DNA of 64,000 bases from a virus: the IMG/VR virus record IMGVR_UViG_3300046777_001709, positions 2,534 to 66,533 of that record; one strand, 5' to 3'. Shown piece after piece: positions 17,013 to 27,452 of this stretch. Each line of letters starts with the position of its first letter. Position 1 is the stretch's first letter. The translations under genes were made by a program, and so were the position numbers. The notes under the pieces were generated by a model. The model searched no databases. It saw only the letters and a list, made by a program, of their open reading frames with translations, and was not told the origin of the DNA.

Positions 17013-20000
17013 TTAAAATTTAATACAGGGAAGAAGTGCTATGTTTCTAGGTCTAGTTTCAGTACTACCATTATTTTGGATAGTAATTCCGGTTGTATTT
17101 GCATTAATACTTAGAGTATGACTGTGAGAACCTGCAGCACCTGTTGATGTAGATGATAATGGATATCCTACTCCACCATCTCCAGGTCCCAAGGACTCTG
17201 AGTTAGAACCATAAGTATGTGTGTGACTTCCAGTTGTGTTTGTAGAACCACTATGAGCATGTCCTGGATCAGTTATTCCATGGTTGTGAGACTGATACGA
17301 TTGTGTTTGTGCAGATCCAAATACACGAGCAGAATCTATTCCACGACCATTATCCCAACCGCGAATGAATTCACCCCTCAAATCTGGGAGATTGAAAGAA
17401 CTTCCGCTTCCACCATATGTATAACCAATTATGGCAAATAAAGATGAATAAGTTGTTGTACTTAGTGAAGCACCATTACACGTTAAATATCCACTGGGTG
17501 CAGTTGAAGTAGCAAAATAAATTACTGATCCGGTTGGAACTAATGAAGTAGATGAAGAAGTATCAAACCAAAGATCACCATTACAAGCGGTTAGTGGTTG
17601 CGATGATTGTATATATCTTCTACCATAAGCATTACTATCTTCTGCTATGACTATGGTAGAACCAATTGATGTAATAGGAGGAGAACAAGTATAACCAACC
17701 TGAGATACTCCAATTGAAACATTTCCTATTGCAGTAACCGTAATATTTGCAACTCCAGATGAAGGAGATGATGCAGTAACTGCATCACCAATAAAATTAA
17801 GTGTTGTAATTGTAGATCCTACAAGATTTCCTTCATCACGAATAGTAATACCAGTAGACCCAGTAGCACCTTGAGTACCTTGAAGACCTGTACCTCCAGA
17901 AGAACCTGTAAGACCTTGAGTACCTTGAGTACCTTGGAGACCTGTACCTCCAGTAGAACCTGTAAAACCTTGAGTACCTTGTCTTCCTTGAGTACCTTGA
18001 AGACCTTGAGTACCTTGGAGACCTGTACCTCCAGTAGAACCTGTAAGACCTTGAGTACCTTGGGTTCCTTGAGTACCTTGAAGACCTTGAGTACCTTGGA
18101 GACCTGTACCTCCAGTAGAACCTGTAAGACCTTGAGTACCTTGAAGACCTTGAGTACCTTGGAGACCTGTACCTCCAGTAGAACCTGTAAGACCTTGAGT
18201 ACCTTGGGTTCCTTGAGTACCTTGAAGACCTGTACCTCCAGTAGAACCTGTAAGACCTTGAGTACCTTGGGTTCCTTGAGTACCTTGTCTTCCTTGAGTT
18301 CCTTGTAATCCCTGAAGTCCTTGATTTCCTGTAAGACCTTGAGTACCTTGAGTACCCTGAAGTCCTTGGAGACCCTGAGTTCCTTGAGTACCTTGTAATC
18401 CCTGAAGTCCTTGATTTCCTGTAAGACCTTGAGTTCCTTGAGTACCCTGAAGTCCTTGGAGACCCTGAGTTCCTTGAGTACCTTGTAATCCCTGAAGTCC
18501 TTGATTTCCTGTAAGACCTTGAGTTCCTTGAGTACCCTGAAGTCCCTGAAGACCTTGAGTACCTTGTCTACCTTGCAATCCTTGGAGACCTTGAGTACCT
18601 TGTCTACCTTGCAATCCTTGGAGACCTTGAGTACCTTGAATACCTTGTAATGCTACATCTGCAGTTTTAGCCCAACTAACTCCAGTACCTACAGATATTA
18701 GAACTGATGATGCAGATCCAACATTATTTGTACTATCATATAAAGGTCCTTCAATATAAATTCCAGAAGATACTGTACAAACACCAGAAATATTTGCATT
18801 ATTCCCAATGTTTATGCTTTTTTCTACACCAATTCCACCTTCTACAATAAGTGAACCACTATCTTTGGATATAGATTCTGTGGTATCGTTTATATAAAGA
18901 GCATCATTAATTTGGGTTGTACCAGAAGATGAATCTAAAATTAAATTTCCAATTGGTGTAGTAATACTATTACCACCAATTGTTATATTATTAATTTTGG
19001 CACCATTTAGGGTTGAAATGCCAGTGACATTTAAATTTGTGGTACTTGTTTGATTGAAAGTTGATGTACCAAAAACTTGAAGATTTTTACTTGTAGTAAC
19101 ACCAGACACTCCAAGATTTGTAATTGTCGCTATGCCAGTTACATATAGATTTGTAACATCAATTGATCCAATAAATTTAGTTGCAGTTACTATTCCACTA
19201 AAGTTTGCACCAGTGCCATTCAGATAATTAAGTGTACTAATACCATATATTTGTAAATTATTTGCAGTAGATAATCCAGTTACACCCAATGACTGTAATG
19301 TAGAAACACCAGATACATTGATATTTTTAATATCAACTTGTTGGGTAAATCTGGAATACCCATTAACATCTAAAAGATATAGCGGTTGAGTACTTCCAAT
19401 TCCAACTCTATTATTTACTTCATCATATACAAAATTCGATGCTCCATCAACAATTCCCGCAGAATTATTAAACTGAATATTTTGATAAGTTCCTCCAGCA
19501 CCCGATCTAATAGTGCTTTGATTTACCCATATAAGACCACCAAAATTATTTTTAGTTAATATTTGATTATTACTTCCTGGATTATTGTTATAATCATATA
19601 TTGTACCCCTTAATCTTATATCACCATTAACATCTAATTCTTGAGTTGGGTTTGATGTTTTAATACCAACCAATCCAAGTGAAGTTGCAGTAAATATAGT
19701 TCCACCATATCCGACATTTAATCCGAAACCAACTGTTAAAATTCCTACATTACTATCGAATATTAAGTTAGAAGAATTTGCAAAATCACCATTTTCTTTA
19801 AATAATACTCCACCATTATTACCTGGAGGAGAGACTGTAATAGTTCCGGCAATTCCAAGTGGAATTGCATTTACATTTATACTATTTCCAACAAAATTTA
19901 ATTGTGTTATACTGCTTAGTGATCCAACAAGACTTCCTTCTTCAAATAAACTAATAGAACCGGGAATTAATCCTCCAGTTATAGGAACCCAATATCTTTC

Positions 20001-20180
20001 TCCAGGATAACCTTCTACAGAAACAATTTGATATTGTTGTCCTAGTGGAAGAGGTGGATAAATTGCAACAGGATCACCTAAATTTGGTTCTGCTTGACTA
20101 AGACCCAAGTAAGAATATCTATCTGTAGAAAGATTACTCTGTGGTGTTCTTTTTACCCTTCCACTCAAATACTTTGTCAT
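17013..20180 (-). CDS. tail fibre with collagen-like Gly-X-Gln segment and C-terminal tail-collar domain
   Basis: (GTQ/GLQ)n; PTGSVIYFA...APSGYLTCNG...FNLPDLRGEFIRGWD...ETRPRNIALLPCIKF. Confidence 0.9.
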   Translation of the reverse strand: MTKYLSGRVKRTPQSNLSTDRYSYLGLSQAEPNLGDPVAIYPPLPLGQQYQIVSVEGYPGERYWVPITGGLIPGSISLFEEGSLVGSLSSITQLNFVGNSINVNAIPLGIAGTITVSPPGNNGGVLFKENGDFANSSNLIFDSNVGILTVGFGLNVGYGGTIFTATSLGLVGIKTSNPTQELDVNGDIRLRGTIYDYNNNPGSNNQILTKNNFGGLIWVNQSTIRSGAGGTYQNIQFNNSAGIVDGASNFVYDEVNNRVGIGSTQPLYLLDVNGYSRFTQQVDIKNINVSGVSTLQSLGVTGLSTANNLQIYGISTLNYLNGTGANFSGIVTATKFIGSIDVTNLYVTGIATITNLGVSGVTTSKNLQVFGTSTFNQTSTTNLNVTGISTLNGAKINNITIGGNSITTPIGNLILDSSSGTTQINDALYINDTTESISKDSGSLIVEGGIGVEKSINIGNNANISGVCTVSSGIYIEGPLYDSTNNVGSASSVLISVGTGVSWAKTADVALQGIQGTQGLQGLQGRQGTQGLQGLQGRQGTQGLQGLQGTQGTQGLTGNQGLQGLQGTQGTQGLQGLQGTQGTQGLTGNQGLQGLQGTQGTQGLQGLQGTQGTQGLTGNQGLQGLQGTQGRQGTQGTQGTQGLTGSTGGTGLQGTQGTQGTQGLTGSTGGTGLQGTQGLQGTQGLTGSTGGTGLQGTQGLQGTQGTQGTQGLTGSTGGTGLQGTQGLQGTQGRQGTQGFTGSTGGTGLQGTQGTQGLTGSSGGTGLQGTQGATGSTGITIRDEGNLVGSTITTLNFIGDAVTASSPSSGVANITVTAIGNVSIGVSQVGYTCSPPITSIGSTIVIAEDSNAYGRRYIQSSQPLTACNGDLWFDTSSSTSLVPTGSVIYFATSTAPSGYLTCNGASLSTTTYSSLFAIIGYTYGGSGSSFNLPDLRGEFIRGWDNGRGIDSARVFGSAQTQSYQSHNHGITDPGHAHSGSTNTTGSHTHTYGSNSESLGPGDGGVGYPLSSTSTGAAGSHSHTLSINANTTGITIQNNGSTETRPRNIALLPCIKF
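17855..18650 (-). repeat. collagen-like tandem 9-nt-based coding repeat
   Basis: Repeated agtaccttg/aagaccttg units with higher-order blocks. Confidence 0.95.
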
Positions 20181-20182
20181 AG

Positions 20183-20851
20183 TTATACTGTACTATTTTC
20201 TAGTATGCTACAAATAAATTCCATTTGTAATGGGGCAACTAACCCACCACTCACATATGTATGAGCAATTCCAGCAACTACACCAGAATTAGTTACGAAT
20301 GTTTTTGATGTACCTACACTACCAATAATATTATCTATAACAAATGATTGTTGTGGTGATGGAAAAATGGATGTTGTAAGACCAAATGTTCCACTACATG
20401 TAAATGCCAATCCACTCATTGTAACTTCATCATTTACATTAAAATTGTGGGGAGTTAAAGTTGTAATTGTAGTTACACCAGTGTTATTATCATATAAACA
20501 ATTAGTAATTGTCACTATTCCTGTTTGAGATCCTTCAATTACAATGGAATCAGAAACAATTGCACTTCTTTCTAAAACTAATCTACCATCAATAATTATT
20601 AAAGAATCATTTGGTGGTATTTCTGCATCTTTTATTACTCTTATATTTCTAGTATTTCCTGCGGTTCTTGCAGATGTACTTTTTCTTCTGTGCGTAAAAG
20701 TAATTGTTGGATATGTATTAACCCCAACATTTGCTACTTGAGCATAAAGAACAATTGCAGATACACCGACAGGAGTTGTATAAACAGTCTGTTCTCCTGG
20801 TGCAACTGGAACTGCTATAGTTAAAAATTTATTAAGAGGTGCTACTGCCAT
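20183..20851 (-). CDS. virion structural protein
   Basis: 222 aa, beta-rich, within tail operon. Confidence 0.65.
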   Translation of the reverse strand: MAVAPLNKFLTIAVPVAPGEQTVYTTPVGVSAIVLYAQVANVGVNTYPTITFTHRRKSTSARTAGNTRNIRVIKDAEIPPNDSLIIIDGRLVLERSAIVSDSIVIEGSQTGIVTITNCLYDNNTGVTTITTLTPHNFNVNDEVTMSGLAFTCSGTFGLTTSIFPSPQQSFVIDNIIGSVGTSKTFVTNSGVVAGIAHTYVSGGLVAPLQMEFICSILENSTV

Positions 20852-20854
20852 ATT

Positions 20855-23611
20855 TTATCTCAACGCAAGAATTAAAGGTGTGACTTCTGCTTGTATTGCT
20901 TTACTAAAATCTCTTCCCCGAATTGTTGCTGTAGGTTGATTTATTTGAAATCCTTCACCAATGTCAAAATTTCCTTTCTGATCTGTACTTGTGAATGGAA
21001 TTTGTGCTCCATTCAAAGCAACAATTTCATTTTCTTTAATGGGAATAGCACCTTTAAAGGGTGTTGCTATATTTATATCTGTTCCAGTACCAATGTATTC
21101 AAAAGAATGAGAACTTGTTAAAATTCTACTAATTCTTTTTAAAGACACATCTTCATTTCCAAATAATTCGTAAGGAATAAATTCATTAAAGGTGACTGTT
21201 GTGACACCAGATAATGTAGGTTCAGTTGCAACATCAACGGTATAATAAATTGGTTGTGTTATTACTTCTGCAACTGCACCACCAGATCCATCAATGAATA
21301 CTTCTAAATTTTGTGTAGGTAAATAATTTCTACCGCTATTAATGACATCAATCGCAGTAATTTCACCAGACACAGGATCAATTGTTGGACTTACCTCAGC
21401 AATTATACCTTGAGGACCCTTTGGTTGTTGTGTCAAATCATCAGAATCTCTAATAATGACAGATGGTGGATTTGCTGCACTATATCCAGAACCACCATTA
21501 ATAATTTTAATAGAATCAATACTAACCATTGGTTCTTGTAGAATAGTACTGACTAATCCTGTAGTTATAGTATCTGAATAATTGGACAAATCTATTTTGA
21601 AGAATAATGCTTGTCCATCATAAGGTCTTCTTGGATTACCAATAGAGTCCCTCATATTTGTAAAAGTGACTGTATCGGAACCAGCATCAACACCGTCTGC
21701 TGTTCTTGTTGATGGATATCTACTTACCTGACCAGTAAATTCTGTAGATCCTAAACCTACAGCATATAATCCATAATTTCCAAATGATGAATTGGAATTT
21801 GTAAGATCGCAAGATCCTCCACTTGATGCAAATATTCCAATATCACAATTGATGGTAAATATAGAGACTAACTGAGCATAACCATTATTTGTTATTGATA
21901 CTCCAATACCCGCCTCATTATATTGTGTAAAAGAATCACATACCATAGATTTTAAATCAGCACCAATCGTAGATGCCGTTGCATGATTTCCATCTATCTT
22001 CATACCAATACTTTTGGTCATGAAATTTGTACAATTTCTTACGTATGGACTCTTCCATCTTCCAGTAGATCCCTCTGTTGCTGGTCCTGGTGCAATATAT
22101 CCAGAAACTGCATAATTTGATGGATTTGTTGGAGGAAATGCTACTGCACCACCACCAGTATTTGCAACTGAAACATTAGTACATGCAAAGGATATATTTT
22201 CAATTAAACATCCTCTTCTTACATGGAAAATATCTTTTTGTAAATTATTTGGAACAATAGTTACAAGTCTTAAATCTTGTCCAGATACCGAAACATCAGT
22301 TCTAAGTCCAATTGGATTGTTTTCTTGATAAACTCCTGATCTAATAAAAATAGTATCTCCTTCTTGGGCAATTGCAGCCGCGGCACCGATTGTTCTTTTA
22401 GCATCACCTTCCAATAGTCCACTATTAGAATCATTTCCATCCATAGTGACCCATATTGCGTTCTGAGTCTGAACTCCAGGTGGTCTCCAAGATACCCCAG
22501 TTCCAACAGAGGATAAACGATAATCAAATTTTCCGATTGCAGTACTATTGTTTATATCAATTAAAGAAGAATTAAGTTCTAATGTACCATTAAGGGTAGT
22601 AGCGCCATCTACATTTAAAGTAGAATCTAAGTCGGTAGATCCTTTTACGTTTAGTGTTGTTTGTAAAGTTGTAGCACCATCTACATCTAATGTATTATTA
22701 AGGGTAGTAGCACCATCTACATCTAATGTATTATTAAGGGTAGTAGCACCATCTACATCTAATGTATTATTAAGGGTAGTAGCGCCATCTACATTTAAAG
22801 TAGAATCTAAGTCGGTAGATCCTTTTACGTTTAGTGTTGTTTGTAAAGTTGTAGCACCATCTACATTTAGTGTTGAATCAAAATCAACTTCTCCGGTAGC
22901 ATGAACAGATCCAACAATGTCTAAAGTTGCTGATGGATTACTATTTTGAATACCAACATTAGTCATTCTGTAGATATTTCCTTCAGATGTAAATCCCCAC
23001 AAATCTTTGGATTGTATATCCGCAATGAAATTGGGATTATTTGGATTTGGAATTGGAATAATATTATCTGTACCTAATCCAAGACTATTAATTTGTTTAA
23101 AATTTAATACACTAAAAGATTTTGCTATTCCTGTCGTTGGAATATAAACACCCTCATCTTGAACAAAAATTCCTTCAGTAAAACTAGGTTCAAGGGCAGT
23201 CCAACGAATACCCTCTTCATCCATACTTAAATAATACCCATTTGATCCTGGAGAATTTACAGAATCGTAAATAAACTCATCAATTTTTATATTTCCCGCA
23301 ATATCTAATAACTGTTGGGGAATTGTACTTCCTATTCCAACTTTACCAGAGATAGCATCACCAACTAATGTAGTTCCTCCAACACCAACATCTAGTCTTT
23401 TTCTTGCAGTTATAATACCTACAGACAAATACTTATCAATATAAACATCACCAAAAAATTTTGCGCTACCTAATACTTCAATATCACCAAATTTTTCTAA
23501 TGATCTAGATTCAAATTCATAATATAAAGTTCCATAAACATAAACATCTTTAAAGAATTTAGCATCCTCATTAAAGTATGCCTGATTACCAAATACTGTA
23601 ATGTCTGACAT
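20855..23611 (-). CDS. tail/baseplate structural protein with beta-helix-like domain and 12-aa repeats
   Basis: VGIGST motifs, (TLDVDGATTLNN)n, GNDSNSG...AKRTIGAA...GDTIFIRSGVYQE. Confidence 0.75.
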   Translation of the reverse strand: MSDITVFGNQAYFNEDAKFFKDVYVYGTLYYEFESRSLEKFGDIEVLGSAKFFGDVYIDKYLSVGIITARKRLDVGVGGTTLVGDAISGKVGIGSTIPQQLLDIAGNIKIDEFIYDSVNSPGSNGYYLSMDEEGIRWTALEPSFTEGIFVQDEGVYIPTTGIAKSFSVLNFKQINSLGLGTDNIIPIPNPNNPNFIADIQSKDLWGFTSEGNIYRMTNVGIQNSNPSATLDIVGSVHATGEVDFDSTLNVDGATTLQTTLNVKGSTDLDSTLNVDGATTLNNTLDVDGATTLNNTLDVDGATTLNNTLDVDGATTLQTTLNVKGSTDLDSTLNVDGATTLNGTLELNSSLIDINNSTAIGKFDYRLSSVGTGVSWRPPGVQTQNAIWVTMDGNDSNSGLLEGDAKRTIGAAAAIAQEGDTIFIRSGVYQENNPIGLRTDVSVSGQDLRLVTIVPNNLQKDIFHVRRGCLIENISFACTNVSVANTGGGAVAFPPTNPSNYAVSGYIAPGPATEGSTGRWKSPYVRNCTNFMTKSIGMKIDGNHATASTIGADLKSMVCDSFTQYNEAGIGVSITNNGYAQLVSIFTINCDIGIFASSGGSCDLTNSNSSFGNYGLYAVGLGSTEFTGQVSRYPSTRTADGVDAGSDTVTFTNMRDSIGNPRRPYDGQALFFKIDLSNYSDTITTGLVSTILQEPMVSIDSIKIINGGSGYSAANPPSVIIRDSDDLTQQPKGPQGIIAEVSPTIDPVSGEITAIDVINSGRNYLPTQNLEVFIDGSGGAVAEVITQPIYYTVDVATEPTLSGVTTVTFNEFIPYELFGNEDVSLKRISRILTSSHSFEYIGTGTDINIATPFKGAIPIKENEIVALNGAQIPFTSTDQKGNFDIGEGFQINQPTATIRGRDFSKAIQAEVTPLILALR
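22575..22885 (-). repeat. 36-nt coding tandem repeat (VDGATTLNNTLD)
   Basis: Near-identical gtagcaccatctacatctaatgtattattaaggg copies plus a larger duplicated block. Confidence 0.9.
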
Positions 23612-23612
23612 T

Positions 23613-24185
23613 TTAGAGTACCGTGTTAATAACTGTGTTTAAGATACCACCAGTAATTCCAGTAATAACGTCCGATCCTACAAAACTACCTTCGAAAACT
23701 CTTGCAACAAAACTTTGACCCATACTCTGCATCAATGTTCCAGTAGTTGCGGAAGCATCTATTTTATTTCCTTTCATTAAGATTCTTCCAGAACCAGATA
23801 TCATATTAATACTTCTACCAGCTTTCAGATGAATATCTTCATCTGCATCTATCATTATGTTATTACCTTTAATACGAACTTTTCCTGTTCTATCGGCAGT
23901 AATACATACGTCACCATTTTTTCCAACAATTACAACATCAACACTTTTTCCTTCATTCTTTTCTCCGGCAATTATTTCAATTGTTCTATCATTCTTAATT
24001 GAAAATAAACCACCAGTCGTTAATGAAATAGATGATTGTAAATCTGTCGTTGCTCCATAAATCTTATAAACATCGGTACCACTTAATCCCATTTGTGGAT
24101 TGGCACTATCAATCCTAAAATTAGGATTGAAACTCATCAATTGTCTTGCGTATATATTTTGATCTGGTCTTTCTGCTACTGACAT
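23613..24185 (-). CDS. gp5 C-terminal-like beta-helix spike protein
   Basis: Short beta repeats (IMIDADEDIHLKAGRSINM), directly after gp5. Confidence 0.55.
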   Translation of the reverse strand: MSVAERPDQNIYARQLMSFNPNFRIDSANPQMGLSGTDVYKIYGATTDLQSSISLTTGGLFSIKNDRTIEIIAGEKNEGKSVDVVIVGKNGDVCITADRTGKVRIKGNNIMIDADEDIHLKAGRSINMISGSGRILMKGNKIDASATTGTLMQSMGQSFVARVFEGSFVGSDVITGITGGILNTVINTVL

Positions 24186-24186
24186 C

Positions 24187-26109
24187 TTAGACTACACAAT
24201 TAACAACTGATTGAACTTCACCTTTAAAATCTGGATTTCCAAGTAGTGGACGAAGAACTGCACCAGATCCAGTTTCTGTTCTAACTGAAAGAACTGGAAG
24301 TGACTGAACTACATTATTTAGAGGTTCTACTTGATAAATTGATCCATTAACAATTTGCGTCTTATATTCATTTCCTAAATTATCAACCACAATATCTCCA
24401 TCAATATAACCTGTTCCACCAACTTCAACAAGAACTTTATTGACTGAATATTCTATAATATCTGAAGGTGTATAATTTTCTCCTTCAGATACCATGTAAA
24501 TTGAAGTTACCTCCCCATCATCATTAATTAGTGCTCTGGCAATAGCACCATATCCTTGATCAGCATCATCAGTAATTTCTACAAATGGTGGATATGTATA
24601 ACCAGAACCACCATTTGTAACCTGAATACCTATAATACTTGCCCTAGTGATACCATTTTCATCTTCAACATAAGAACCAAAGATTGGAACAGCAGTAGCA
24701 CCAGATCCAGAACTTCCACCACCAAAAATGTTCACTATAGGTGCAGAAGCATTATTAATTGCACCAGTAAAACAATTTAAGATATCATTAATATTTTGTC
24801 CGGTGTTCTGTAAATTAATAACTTCTAATATATTTTGATAAGGTTCAGATCCCTGGAATTTTGCACCCGCACCAATTACCCACGAATTAATCATACCTTG
24901 GAAACTATCACCACTTTGATTACAATCAAGTACAATTCCAACAGACTTAAGAGCATCGATAGATGATCTTAATAAATTACCAACACTAAAATCTGAGAAG
25001 AATTGTAATAGTTTTTCTACACCACCAAGAACTGTTGAAAGACCACCTTCAATTGTATCAATAATAGTATTTAAAAGAGATCCTACAAATTGATCTGCAG
25101 CACAACTCACAAATCTATCAATATTTTCTACTACAGAATATAATAAATCAGAAACAACATCTTTAAGACGATCTATTACTAATCCAGCAACACAGGCAAT
25201 GGCATCCTCAAGAAGTTTGACTGGTTCTACCATTGCAGTTTGTGCCGCCACTCCAGCCAAATGTGCCGCCGCAGGATTTGCAGTTGCCGCCAATACTGCA
25301 GCATATACTTTTTTATACAGTAAATCTAATCCCTTTTTCAAAAGAGTTTCCAATTGTTTAAATAGGAAGTTAAAAGATTGTCCAACAAAGTCATTAGCAA
25401 GTGAAACAATCTTATCGACTGCTTTTCTAATTTCTTGACGGATTCTTCCTAAAAAGTTCTGTGCTTTTTTTAAAAATCTTCTTATCTTCTTTAGTAGATT
25501 TTTAACTTCTGCTTTTATCCCATCTACTTTTGTGTTATTAACAGTATTTGCAAGAATAATCTCGGATCCTACTGCATCACTTTCAGATACTTTCTTTGCT
25601 TGCTCTGATAATTCTGGTGGTATTGCTGCCGGAGTTGGTTGAAAATCTTTTGTTACCTCATTATTTTCACTTTTTGCAACAACATCTCCTTTAGGTTCAA
25701 TTTTACTATTGAATCCGGTAAAAGGTACAAATGGAGATGTATAATTTTTAGATGGTACTGATGATGTTCTACCAAAAGTTGCTAAGATAACTGGAATCTG
25801 GGCATTGTCACCATCTAAGAAAAATCCAAGTACAATATCACCAGGTTGTAATTGAACGCCTGTTGCTGCATTTGCAGCACCACTTCCAGCAGTTGTTGGA
25901 ATTAATGCCTGTGCCCAAGGTAGATCTTCATTTGGAAGTTCTGCTTCACTATAAGGATGATACCCAATAATTCTAACTTTAAATCTATTTCCCCATCCAC
26001 CACCTTCTACTTGCTTTCCCATAGATTCAAGTGGTGGGATTTGACCAATCCACCATCTAAATCCATCTCTTCCAATAAAATTACTCTGAAGTAAAGATTG
26101 ATCTAACAT
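24187..26109 (-). CDS. gp5: baseplate hub/spike protein gp5 (OB-fold, no lysozyme domain)
   Basis: FIGRDGFRWWIG...RFKVRIIGYH...EDLPWA...GFFLDG. Confidence 0.85.
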   Translation of the reverse strand: MLDQSLLQSNFIGRDGFRWWIGQIPPLESMGKQVEGGGWGNRFKVRIIGYHPYSEAELPNEDLPWAQALIPTTAGSGAANAATGVQLQPGDIVLGFFLDGDNAQIPVILATFGRTSSVPSKNYTSPFVPFTGFNSKIEPKGDVVAKSENNEVTKDFQPTPAAIPPELSEQAKKVSESDAVGSEIILANTVNNTKVDGIKAEVKNLLKKIRRFLKKAQNFLGRIRQEIRKAVDKIVSLANDFVGQSFNFLFKQLETLLKKGLDLLYKKVYAAVLAATANPAAAHLAGVAAQTAMVEPVKLLEDAIACVAGLVIDRLKDVVSDLLYSVVENIDRFVSCAADQFVGSLLNTIIDTIEGGLSTVLGGVEKLLQFFSDFSVGNLLRSSIDALKSVGIVLDCNQSGDSFQGMINSWVIGAGAKFQGSEPYQNILEVINLQNTGQNINDILNCFTGAINNASAPIVNIFGGGSSGSGATAVPIFGSYVEDENGITRASIIGIQVTNGGSGYTYPPFVEITDDADQGYGAIARALINDDGEVTSIYMVSEGENYTPSDIIEYSVNKVLVEVGGTGYIDGDIVVDNLGNEYKTQIVNGSIYQVEPLNNVVQSLPVLSVRTETGSGAVLRPLLGNPDFKGEVQSVVNCVV

Positions 26110-27452
26110 TAATCTTTTCTTTCCTCTACATTAACGCCAAAAGTATCTCTGATCAATTTCATGGAAGTATAAGAATTTTCAACATCAAAATGATGACACA
26201 GTTCTTTTATCATATATAGACCACTTTGTTCGGTGTCAAATTCTTTTGCATCAGATTGTGTAATTTTGGGAAATTTACACTCAATAATATCACCTGCTCT
26301 TAAATTTGTGTTGGATGGTACAACTACATTTAATGTTTGTGTGAATAATGTATTGTATCTCATGAGAGATTGTGACTGATATTTTACTTGGTCTGAATTT
26401 ATTTCTTTTGAAACATCTTTTTCCATTGTACCAACATCATAAATTGCAGTAATTATTCTTGTTGGTACATCTCCTAAAGTTTTATCAGATCCTTCTGAAA
26501 GTAAAGGAAGTTTAAAATTAGATCCAAGATTTTTTGCTTTACCGGAATAATCATTTAATTTAAAAACCCCTTCTTCATAATTTGAAAAACTAAAATCTAA
26601 TGGATTAAAGAACATTCTATGACTTGCATAAGTACCAAGTTTTAATTTTTCAATAAGGTTTTGATTTTTATTTGTATAGTAGTTTAAGATTTTAAAATCA
26701 TTATTTATTTTGTTTTCATTTTCATCATATGAATCTGATGCCTCACTATAGACATAAGTTGCTTTTGGTTTTTGTAAGATTAATTCATCAATAGATCTAA
26801 ACTGAAATCCATCTTTAGTCTGATAGAATAAAAATCCAGCAGTTGCATTTCCAGAACTTATTGGTACACCTTTAGATGCTAACCATATCAGGACTGTAAA
26901 AGGTTTTCTCATATTACCAATAAATCCATACTTATTGGACGTTTTATCAATAGTACCTATCTTATCAGTTTTTAAATAATCAGTTAATATCTTCTCAACA
27001 GAATCACTGATTGTCATACTTGTTGGATATTTCTTTCCAATTCTAACTGTTTCGTTTGTTATTGCTTCTCTAGAAACTAAATGTAGAGTAAATGTTTCTC
27101 TGTTTGTTTCTGAAATTACATCAGTTATACTGGAAACATAAAAATAATCTTTTGAATTTTGCGAAAAATTTAATCCAGGATTTGTTGAAGAATTGCCTGC
27201 AATTTTTAATGATATTCTTTCTCCACCTCTTAATGGAAGTCCATTATAAATTGATTGCTTGTCACCATCTGGATTATTTGCAGGGGCAATTACATTTCCA
27301 TTATCTACTACTCTTAGTTTTGCAGTAATAGTGGGTGAAAATATGTCTTCATAATATTCAAAAGCAATTGCACCACCTATAATGTCGATAGTTCTTGACT
27401 GATCATTTGATTCTAATATTAGTTCTTCATATATGGACTTAATAATTGACAT
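26109..27452 (-). CDS. baseplate hub protein (gp27-like)
   Basis: YYEDIFSPTITA, FLFYQTKDGFQFRSID, SGLYMIKELCHHF. Confidence 0.7.
   Translation of the reverse strand: MSIIKSIYEELILESNDQSRTIDIIGGAIAFEYYEDIFSPTITAKLRVVDNGNVIAPANNPDGDKQSIYNGLPLRGGERISLKIAGNSSTNPGLNFSQNSKDYFYVSSITDVISETNRETFTLHLVSREAITNETVRIGKKYPTSMTISDSVEKILTDYLKTDKIGTIDKTSNKYGFIGNMRKPFTVLIWLASKGVPISSGNATAGFLFYQTKDGFQFRSIDELILQKPKATYVYSEASDSYDENENKINNDFKILNYYTNKNQNLIEKLKLGTYASHRMFFNPLDFSFSNYEEGVFKLNDYSGKAKNLGSNFKLPLLSEGSDKTLGDVPTRIITAIYDVGTMEKDVSKEINSDQVKYQSQSLMRYNTLFTQTLNVVVPSNTNLRAGDIIECKFPKITQSDAKEFDTEQSGLYMIKELCHHFDVENSYTSMKLIRDTFGVNVEERKD

Noticed and set aside
17871-18308. Repetitive ORFs (STLKT...) here and at 60877-61575, 60906-61352, 62418-62672
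   Set aside because: Alternative-frame or antisense readings of collagen repeats.
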